Positions 1 through 6,776 of a stretch of 20,000 nt of DNA are shown here, one piece after another. The translations under genes and the position numbers were made by a program. The stretch lies in the IMG/VR virus record IMGVR_UViG_3300042973_000010, one strand, 5' to 3'. How positions within the stretch are numbered: position 1 is the first letter of the stretch; each line of letters opens with the position of its first letter. Below the pieces are notes generated by a model. That model saw only the letters and a program-made list of their open reading frames with translations. It ran no database searches and was not told where the DNA came from. The stretch is from an uncultured virus (IMG/VR IMGVR_UViG_3300042973_000010). Its lineage: Duplodnaviria > Heunggongvirae > Uroviricota > Caudoviricetes.

Positions 1-515
1 TCCGCCCATAGATCCATGAGACCATTGGAAGAAGGGGTGCCGGTAAGACCGACGATCCTCTTAATGAAAGGCCGAACCTTCATTAATGCTTTGAATCGCT
101 TGGATTTGTGATTCTTGAAGGATGAAAGCTCATCAACAATTACCATGTCGTAATCGAATGGGACGCCGGAGCTGTCAATCAGCCATCCGAGATTTTCTCG
201 ATTGACGATCGTGACGTCTGCGCCTTGAAGGAGAGCAGCTTTTCGTTCTCTGGCGGTTCCGACCGCGACTGCGTAGGTGAGTCCGGACAGATGCTTCCAT
301 TTTTTGATCTCTGCTGGCCAGGTGTCCCTCGCCACACGAAGTGGTGCGACCACCAGAACACGATGAACCAGAAAGCTGTCGAACAGAAGATCGAAGACAG
401 CCGTCAGGCTGATCACGGTCTTTCCAAGACCCATGTCCAAGAGAACGGCAGCGATCGGATGCGTCTCGATGTAGTCGATGGCGTATTTCTGGTAGTCATG
501 TGGTTTGAAGTTCAT
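1..515 (-). CDS. Phage SNF2-family (SF2) helicase, N-terminal part, runs off the window
   Basis: Manual translation from ATG at 515: MNFKPHDYQKYAIDYI...LLDMGLGKT (motif I)...VVAPLRVA...IVDELSSFK (motif II)...GLTGTP (motif III). Start overlaps the end of the VRR-NUC gene. Confidence 0.92.
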   Translation of the reverse strand, partial: MNFKPHDYQKYAIDYIETHPIAAVLLDMGLGKTVISLTAVFDLLFDSFLVHRVLVVAPLRVARDTWPAEIKKWKHLSGLTYAVAVGTARERKAALLQGADVTIVNRENLGWLIDSSGVPFDYDMVIVDELSSFKNHKSKRFKALMKVRPFIKRIVGLTGTPSSNGLMDLWA

Positions 516-777
516 CCAGCATCCCTCCGATCTTGTCTACGTCATCAATCACATAGACCCGGTATCCCAGCTTCCGAAGGAGCCGGTGGCGTGACACTTG
601 CAGCGATCTCGGCTTTTTACCGGGTGCCTTTAGTTCCGCGAATGCCATATGCCCGTCAGGTAATAAAATGAGACGGTCGGGCATACCTGCAAAACCCGGA
701 GAGACGAACTTCGGCGCAATCCCACCCGCGCTTTTTATCATCACGACTAATTTGCGTTCTATTTCCTTTTCGTTCAT
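496..777 (-). CDS. VRR-NUC domain nuclease (phage Holliday-junction-resolvase-like)
   Basis: 93 aa with EKEIE...GMPDRLILLP...FAELKAPG...LQ (PD-(D/E)xK). AAGGAG RBS. Usual position upstream of the SNF2 helicase. Confidence 0.92.
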   Translation of the reverse strand: MNEKEIERKLVVMIKSAGGIAPKFVSPGFAGMPDRLILLPDGHMAFAELKAPGKKPRSLQVSRHRLLRKLGYRVYVIDDVDKIGGMLDELQTT

Positions 778-1122
778 GCATTTCTCCTTGAAAAACCTGA
801 GGTGTGCAGGTCTCGATAGTCATTTCCTAAAACCTCTATATAAATTTTGGGTCAATCATTTTTGGTGTGGGGTGAACACATGAGCGTTCTTCCCGGTTAA
901 CAGTTTCAACGGACGCCGTCCTTGACATGAACCTCAGGAAACGTTGTTCGGTCTATGCCGACGGCGAAGAACTCAGGGACAGGCTTCCAGACTCCGTCGC
1001 CGACGGTCGGCGGATTGTAACGTTTCCTGAGAACCCTGTCAAGGATCCCCTTCGGCGGCTGGGATCATGCCTCTGGCTCTGCTCCTCGGAACAGGCGGGG
1101 CGCTGCCGGAACTATAAAGTAA

Positions 1123-1150
1123 TTGCATAAAAAGGATCTTCCTGTACTAT
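1123..1150 (+). promoter_or_regulatory. Putative sigma-70/sigA promoter of the transposase
   Basis: TTGCAT (1123-1128), 16-nt spacer, TACTAT (1145-1150), 54 nt upstream of the ATG at 1205. Confidence 0.45.
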
Positions 1151-1204
1151 CCGAGTTGCATCCTGGCAAGATGTAACAACCCAAACAGAAGGGAGATCCT
1201 CTGC

Positions 1205-2620
1205 ATGAATTGTACTCGGACTGACGCAAACGGGCAACTGTCTTTTTCCGCTTTTACCGGAAGTTTCCTCATGGTTCCTTCCTCCATGACCAGCTTCTAC
1301 AACACCGGAACGACGGTTGAGACTACCAGGTCCGGCCGTACTGCCTACCGTTATGAGGGAACCCTGGACATACAGGATTCTGACCGCATCTGCCCGAAGT
1401 GCGGCAAAAAGATGCATGTTCATGGCGGACATCCTATTGCTGTTCAGCACCTGAATGTCGGGGGAAGTTTTGGCTACCTTTCATTCAGACGCAACCAGCT
1501 GGAATGCCCGCACTGCGGCGCAACTGTGATGCAGTCTGTTCCTTTCATGGCCGATCATCACCGGATCACAAAGGAACTTCTGCAATACACGAAGGACCTT
1601 CTTGCTACAGGAACTTATACGCTGAAGCAGGTGTCTGAGATCACCGGACTTGGCAAGAATACAGTCAAGGCGATTGATCTTAGGCGGCTTCAGGATAAAT
1701 ACACCATTGATGGCCAAACACTGATAAAACCTGAGCAAACGACGCGTTTCCTCGGCATTGATGAGTTCAAGCTGCACGACGGACACCGCTATGCCACTCA
1801 CATCATCGACATGCGTACCGGGCATATCCTCTGGATCTCGCACGGCAAGAAAAAGCAGGTCGTGTATGACTTCATCGAGCATGTCGGTCTGGAATGGATG
1901 GACAATGTCGAGGCGGTTGCCTGTGACATGAACTCCGATTTCCAGGAAGCCTTCGAGGAAAAGTGCCCTCATATCCAGCCGGTTTTTGACTACTTCCACA
2001 TCGTTAAGAACTTCAACGATAAGGTTGTCAGCGAGATCCGGAAGGACGAACAGCGCAGGCTTTACGATGAGGGCAACTTCGAAGGCGCACGCCAGCTGAA
2101 ACGGTCAAAGTATATCCTCACGTCCTCAAGAAAGACCCTTCAGAAGAAGGACCAGGAGGCACGTGATGGCAAAGTTATCTCCAAGGGCAGCGAGATGTTC
2201 TGCAAGGAAGAGTACAGGCGCAAGGAGGGGTATGAAGCCCGCTACGATGACCTGCTCAAAGAGAACAAGCTCCTGTTCACCTGTGATCTCATCAAAGAGA
2301 CTCTGACTCTGGCTTACAGCCGTGAGGATGAAACTTTGATGATGAAGGACATTGAGAAAGTCATGGATCTCTGCGAAGAGACCGGAAATGTTCATCTCAT
2401 GTGGTTCCACAGACTGCTGTCCAAACACTTCGAAGGCATTATTGCCCATGCAACTTACGGCATGTCCTCAGGCAAAATCGAGGGCATCAACAACAAGATC
2501 AAGACGCTCAGGCGTCAGGGGTACGGGTATCCAGATGACGACTACTTCTTCCTCAAGCTCTTTGACTTAAGCCGGGCTGAGGTGGTCCGGAACCCCAAAT
2601 CCCATAGGAAAAGTGATTGA
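1205..2620 (+). CDS. ISL3-family DDE transposase
   Basis: 471 aa. Zinc finger CPKCG...CPHCG, HTH region, LGIDEF, ACDM, FDYFHIV and IEGINNKIKTLRRQGYGY motifs. Stop codon lies inside the right IR. Confidence 0.95.
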   Translation: MNCTRTDANGQLSFSAFTGSFLMVPSSMTSFYNTGTTVETTRSGRTAYRYEGTLDIQDSDRICPKCGKKMHVHGGHPIAVQHLNVGGSFGYLSFRRNQLECPHCGATVMQSVPFMADHHRITKELLQYTKDLLATGTYTLKQVSEITGLGKNTVKAIDLRRLQDKYTIDGQTLIKPEQTTRFLGIDEFKLHDGHRYATHIIDMRTGHILWISHGKKKQVVYDFIEHVGLEWMDNVEAVACDMNSDFQEAFEEKCPHIQPVFDYFHIVKNFNDKVVSEIRKDEQRRLYDEGNFEGARQLKRSKYILTSSRKTLQKKDQEARDGKVISKGSEMFCKEEYRRKEGYEARYDDLLKENKLLFTCDLIKETLTLAYSREDETLMMKDIEKVMDLCEETGNVHLMWFHRLLSKHFEGIIAHATYGMSSGKIEGINNKIKTLRRQGYGYPDDDYFFLKLFDLSRAEVVRNPKSHRKSD

Positions 2621-2690
2621 GGCTAAATTTTTATTTTTTCTCTATAGGGACTTTTGTATATAGACCTTCTCGACCTGCACACTTTTACTT

Positions 2691-4976
2691 TCAGTCCAGA
2701 AAATCCTGACCGGTTTTGAGCTTCAGGCCGTAAACGAGAATTCCGGATCTGGTCTTTTTACGCTTGAATCCTGCCTTCTCCAGATTCCCGTAGAAATCCG
2801 TCGTGCTTCTGGCGTACTCACCGGTCTGAAAGCAGACTGCGTGATATTGCTGATAAAGATCCCCGGATTTTTCCGTATATGACGGATCTACATCGCAATG
2901 CTCGTCAATGAACTGCCCGAGCCAGTCATTGTCCTCACGGTATTTGTCAACGGCGTCTCTGACCGCCTTCGGTTCCGGTATCTTGAATCCCTTTGCAATG
3001 GCAATTTCAGCACCTTCGATAATCCATGAAAGGATCGCCGGGCCCGCCTGCTCGAAAAGGTAGTCGGAGTAGTTCTTGATGTCGGATTTCCCGGTGATCT
3101 TTGCATTGAACGGAATCACGATGAGCCTGCGCCAGGTACCGTCATCATTGGCGGACACCTTCGGCAGGTAGTTCGTATAGAGGACGAGTGTATGCGAGGG
3201 ATCAAAGTGGAACGGGTCCTTATATTTCTTTTCCGCCTCGATCGGATCGACGCTGCAGAGCTGCTTTACCATGCCGGTATTGAGCCTTTGACCTTCTTCA
3301 AGTTCCGACGCGATAATGAGACGCTTGCCTTTGAGCTCCGCCATTTCCGGTTTGACGTTCCTCTTGCAGTTCATGGTGAGTGCTTCGGCGGATATCTTGC
3401 CGGAGTAGTTACCGAGAACTCTGGCGATGGTGTTCCAGAAGGTGGATTTTCCGTTTGCACCGCCGCCGTAAGCGATGATCATCTGTTCCGCATAGACGCG
3501 TCCGACTGCCGCCATGCCGACGATCTGCTGCACATAGTCGATGAGCTCCATGTCGCCGCAGAAAAACAGGTCAAGATTCTCACGCCAGAGATTCTTTCCC
3601 GTATCACCGGGAGAGCAGGCTGTAATCTTGGTTATGAGATCATCGGGGTCATGCGGATGGCTGCCTGAGAGACCTTTCGTCAGGTCGTAGGTAGCGTCCG
3701 GCGTGTTGAGAAGCTCCGGATCGTAGTCGAGTTCCGAAACATCAAGCGCCAGCATCGGCTTTGCAGCATTCTGAGCATTGACGATGTTCTTGTAGTTGCG
3801 GTATTTCATGACGAACTTCTTATATGCGTCCGCGCCAAGCAGGGCATAGAGAAGTCCCATCTTGTTTTCTGGGACGGCATTGACAAGAGCCTTGCTTCTT
3901 GATTTGACGTCCGATTCTGAGACGCCGATGGCAGTCAAGTTTTCTTCCGCGATCCGGATCGCCTCCGTTGCGTCGAGCAGCTGGTCGTCCATGAAGTTTT
4001 CAACGACTCCCAGCGATTTCTGCTTGTCCTCATACCAGCGGTCTCCGCCGAAGGCGATGAAGTCCGTGGCGCTGGTGAAGCGAAGTTTATTCTTGCATTC
4101 CTTGGCGATCACCTTGGCCTCGCCGATGTCGGAGTAGTCTTCCGGCTTCAGGAAACTGGTGCCAAACGTATCCTCATACTCATCCGGAGGAACATATCCG
4201 TCGCTTCCTTCCACTTTGTTCTTGAAGAACTTCAAAGCGCTGTGCCAGATGGTACGCAGCTCCCTTGCGGGAAGTGGAGGTTCACATTTGGCGGCGCGTT
4301 CCAGATACGCTTCATAGGCTTTGTCCGTGTTCCCGAATCGTTTCAGCACGCGGCCCGCGAAATGAGACATCGTGTTGTTGCGGCTCCCCTCAGGAATGGA
4401 GCCTCCGGTGTAAGTCGGTTCCTCCGGTGCTTCCTCATCCGGCGCATCCGGCAGAATCTCATCAATCGTAAGAGTGCCTTCATGCCAGAACACGTCTTCC
4501 GGTTTTACCTTCACACCATACAGAAAACGAGCCGCGTCGAGCGCCTTGGAGTCAAAGAACGGAAATTGCCGGATACCGGACTTCTTAAGCGCTGTAAAGG
4601 CAGCGGCATCTGAGCAGGTGTTGATCGGTGCGAACAGATGAAAACGGGGACGAGCTGAGTAGCTGTCTTTTTGAAGCATGTTGTGGCGGCTGGGAGAAGC
4701 AGCGAATGACACGTCAGCAAGAGCACCTTTTGCCAGATTCTCCGGTGTCACCCAGTCGTCCGGGTTTTCTGAAAAATCGTTGTCACAGTCCCAGACGATG
4801 GCGTCGGCGGAGATAAAGTTGTCGTTCGAACGATAGCTGTTCTGATATGCCGCGGTCACATGATCGTGGGCGACGGCAGCCGCGAAATCTTCCGGACCAT
4901 TGATAATCGCTTCATGCGGATAGAGGCAGTTGGCCTCATTTCCCGTATAGTCGGCGGTGTATAACGTGAATTTCAT
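2691..4976 (-). CDS. Phage/plasmid primase-helicase, P4/D5 family (AEP-like N-terminus, PriCT-1, SF3 helicase)
   Basis: 761 aa. N-terminal DCDND, SRH and RPRFHL motifs, IPEGSRNNTM (PriCT-1), Walker A GGGANGKST, Walker B IIASE, DDGTWRRL. Confidence 0.93.
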   Translation of the reverse strand: MKFTLYTADYTGNEANCLYPHEAIINGPEDFAAAVAHDHVTAAYQNSYRSNDNFISADAIVWDCDNDFSENPDDWVTPENLAKGALADVSFAASPSRHNMLQKDSYSARPRFHLFAPINTCSDAAAFTALKKSGIRQFPFFDSKALDAARFLYGVKVKPEDVFWHEGTLTIDEILPDAPDEEAPEEPTYTGGSIPEGSRNNTMSHFAGRVLKRFGNTDKAYEAYLERAAKCEPPLPARELRTIWHSALKFFKNKVEGSDGYVPPDEYEDTFGTSFLKPEDYSDIGEAKVIAKECKNKLRFTSATDFIAFGGDRWYEDKQKSLGVVENFMDDQLLDATEAIRIAEENLTAIGVSESDVKSRSKALVNAVPENKMGLLYALLGADAYKKFVMKYRNYKNIVNAQNAAKPMLALDVSELDYDPELLNTPDATYDLTKGLSGSHPHDPDDLITKITACSPGDTGKNLWRENLDLFFCGDMELIDYVQQIVGMAAVGRVYAEQMIIAYGGGANGKSTFWNTIARVLGNYSGKISAEALTMNCKRNVKPEMAELKGKRLIIASELEEGQRLNTGMVKQLCSVDPIEAEKKYKDPFHFDPSHTLVLYTNYLPKVSANDDGTWRRLIVIPFNAKITGKSDIKNYSDYLFEQAGPAILSWIIEGAEIAIAKGFKIPEPKAVRDAVDKYREDNDWLGQFIDEHCDVDPSYTEKSGDLYQQYHAVCFQTGEYARSTTDFYGNLEKAGFKRKKTRSGILVYGLKLKTGQDFLD

Positions 4977-4978
4977 GT

Positions 4979-5311
4979 TTAATCGCAGACCTCCTTCGAT
5001 TCGTCCTCGAGCACCTTCGTGATGAATTTGAGTGCCCGGATCATGGTTTCCAGCTCGCAGTCACCGCCGAGCGTGACTTCAAATCCTGCCGCGTCTCCAT
5101 AGCGGTCGCGTAAAACATGAACGTCCATGTCTGTGCATGCCGCGTCGGAAATTCTGAAATAGGTTCTGCCGCCATGCCCGGTGTCGCCGCCCATGTAACC
5201 GGTGGTTCCGGCCTCCACATCGAGGATGTTGGCGCTTACGACTTCACGTTCATAGGTTGTGATTTCCGTCCCGTCATCCAGCACCTTGGTGTGTTCGTTA
5301 ATTTCGTACAT
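4979..5311 (-). CDS. Hypothetical phage protein (110 aa)
   Basis: ATG at 5311 preceded by AGGAGG. MYEINEHTK...EAGTTGYMGGDTGHGGRTYFRI. Tightly packed between its neighbours. Start shortened relative to the ORF track. Confidence 0.8.
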   Translation of the reverse strand: MYEINEHTKVLDDGTEITTYEREVVSANILDVEAGTTGYMGGDTGHGGRTYFRISDAACTDMDVHVLRDRYGDAAGFEVTLGGDCELETMIRALKFITKVLEDESKEVCD

Positions 5312-5313
5312 GC

Positions 5314-5729
5314 TTAAACCTCCTGACAATCTTCTGTAAAGTGGCGCAGATGGTAGCCTTTCCATCTGGCACGCTTGATTTCCGTTTCCATACCGGCAGA
5401 GATCCTGTCCCCGAACACCCAGACCTCGGCGCATTTGCTCATCAAGGCGTTTCCGAAGAACAACCCGAGTTCGCGTTCCGTATCGTCGTTGTCATCAAGG
5501 AACTGCGGAAACAGAAGATGCGGTGCAATCGGGATGAATCCCCGCTCCACGGCAAAGCGGCAGTAGCGTCTTGCGGCGATTACGTTTTTCTCTACATCTC
5601 CGGAATACGGGGAGCAGATGTAGACGATTGGGCGAAAGGCTCTGAGCGACCTTTGTTCTTCGGCCTCAATGTTTTTTAGGGCTTCATAACACGTTGGGTC
5701 CGGATGCCTTCGCTGTTTTTGAAATCCAT
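5314..5729 (-). pseudogene. DUF4406-like (nucleoside 2-deoxyribosyltransferase-like fold) gene with an apparent 1-nt deletion near codon 9
   Basis: AGGAGGT RBS then ATG at 5729 reads MDFKNSEG and stops after 17 codons. The adjacent frame continues PDPTCYEAL...VYICSPYSG...PIAPHLLFPQFLDD...SAGMETEI. Span is 416 nt, one short of a multiple of 3. Confidence 0.7.
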
Positions 5730-5771
5730 ACGGTTTACCTCCTTTCCGAGGCGTTTTTTCACCTCTACTTC

Positions 5772-5803
5772 CCACTGGAGAAGGAGCGCCGTTTTGAGCG
5801 GAA
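5772..5803 (-). promoter_or_regulatory. Element-specific promoter-like motif, copy 1
   Basis: Minus strand TTCCGCTCAAA-N11-TCTCCAGTGG. Identical boxes and spacing in three intergenic regions. Confidence 0.7.
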
Positions 5804-5835
5804 AAAACTCACCCCCACTTTTCAATGGAGGTGAG
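5802..5835 (-). terminator. Rho-independent terminator after the antirepressor gene
   Basis: Stem CTCACC..CCA/TGG..GGTGAG followed on the minus strand by TTTTTT. Confidence 0.65.
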
Positions 5836-5845
5836 CAGAAAAGAG

Positions 5846-6634
5846 TTATTGCTCGATGAGCGGCAGGTTGCCGTCGGCTTTCATCAAATCGTAAATAAAG
5901 AGTCTTCCGGCCTGCGTCCAGTAGGTGTGGACGGCAGTATGGATTTCGCCGTCGTTTCCGGTAAATGTTGTGGTTTTCGTGGAGGTGTAACCTTTGTCGG
6001 CGTACTGCTGATAGAGAAGCCAGATGCCGCTCGGCTGTCTGAACTGGATTCCTTTCTCATGCAGCCATTTGTTCATCCGTTTAGCGCTCCAGCCGTAGTC
6101 CTTGGCGATAATAGAGATGGCGACGAGATCCTTGCAGTTCAGGACGACATCGTAATAGCTGACCTTTGGTTTCATCTCGGCGATCTGCTGCGTCTGAACG
6201 GCGACAGTGTTTTCAAGCTGCTGCCTTTTTTCGCGCTCCGCTTTGAGCTCCTGTAAAGCCGCGATGGCGATATCCGGGTTTGCCAGAATGTCGTCGATGG
6301 CGTAAAGACCGTGTCTACGGATGGACGGGAGGACCTCCGAGGTCACCCAGTGCTTGAAGCGTTTTGCTGTGGGCAGCTTGCTACCGAGGATGAGAGAATA
6401 CAGGCCGGACTCGTTGATGATGATCGGATTCTGTTCACGCCCGATGGAGTCACGAATCGTTACCCCATCGGTTTTGTCTTCATCATCAACATGGTCGATG
6501 AGTGCTTTTCTCGGGTTGCTGTAGCCGAGGATCATGGCGACGTCCTTGCCGACGAACCACGGCTCATTGCCGATCGTTACAGTACGGACAGTTCCGAACT
6601 CCGCGTTTGTGAATGCTGTTACTTCGTTTGTCAT
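5846..6634 (-). CDS. Phage antirepressor, BRO-N plus ANT/KilA-C domains (262 aa)
   Basis: FTNAEFGTVRTV...PWFVGKDVA..LGY...INESGLYSLILGSKLPTAKRFKHWVTSEVLPSIRRHG (BRO-N), then MKPKVSYYD...WTQAGRLFI (ANT). ATG at 6634 with GGAAAGGA RBS. Confidence 0.92.
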   Translation of the reverse strand: MTNEVTAFTNAEFGTVRTVTIGNEPWFVGKDVAMILGYSNPRKALIDHVDDEDKTDGVTIRDSIGREQNPIIINESGLYSLILGSKLPTAKRFKHWVTSEVLPSIRRHGLYAIDDILANPDIAIAALQELKAEREKRQQLENTVAVQTQQIAEMKPKVSYYDVVLNCKDLVAISIIAKDYGWSAKRMNKWLHEKGIQFRQPSGIWLLYQQYADKGYTSTKTTTFTGNDGEIHTAVHTYWTQAGRLFIYDLMKADGNLPLIEQ

Positions 6635-6690
6635 AAGATTTTCCTTTCCGGGCGAGCGGAAAGTTTTCTGAATGCTCACCCTTTCACTTT

Positions 6691-6722
6691 CCACTGGAGA
6701 AGGGCAGCCGTTTTGAGCGGAA
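6691..6722 (-). promoter_or_regulatory. Element-specific promoter-like motif, copy 2
   Basis: Plus strand CCACTGGAGA (6691-6700), 11 nt, TTTGAGCGGAA (6712-6722). Confidence 0.7.
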
Positions 6723-6754
6723 AAAATTCACCTCCGCTTTTTTGGCGGAGGTGA
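6721..6754 (-). terminator. Rho-independent terminator after the DNA polymerase gene
   Basis: Perfect 10-bp stem TCACCTCCGC/GCGGAGGTGA (6728-6737, 6745-6754) with a T-tract on the minus strand. Confidence 0.8.
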
Positions 6755-6776
6755 GCACCGGTATTGACGAAGCATT

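Larger units (their letters stand above)
849..2623 (+). mobile_element. ISL3-family insertion sequence, 1775 bp
   Basis: 8-bp target duplication TAAATTTT at 841-848 and 2624-2631. Imperfect terminal IRs: GGGTCAATCATTTTTGGTGTGGG (849-871) versus reverse complement of 2601-2623, GCCTCAATCACTTTTCCTATGGG. Single transposase ORF. Confidence 0.93.
802..2682. repeat. Imperfect palindrome with AT-rich centre (about 98 bp once the IS is removed), split by the ISL3; candidate replication origin
   Basis: GTGTGCAGGTC (802-812) is the exact reverse complement of GACCTGCACAC (2672-2682), with further partial symmetry inward. It lies immediately downstream of the primase gene. Confidence 0.6.

Noticed and set aside
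225..671. 148-aa plus-strand ORF and other ORFs antisense to the helicase/VRR-NUC genes
   Set aside because: Shadows of well-supported minus-strand genes, with no recognisable motifs.
927..1130. 67-aa ORF in the ISL3 leader as a passenger gene
   Set aside because: No clear RBS or recognisable domain, and the region is better explained by its inverted-repeat structure.
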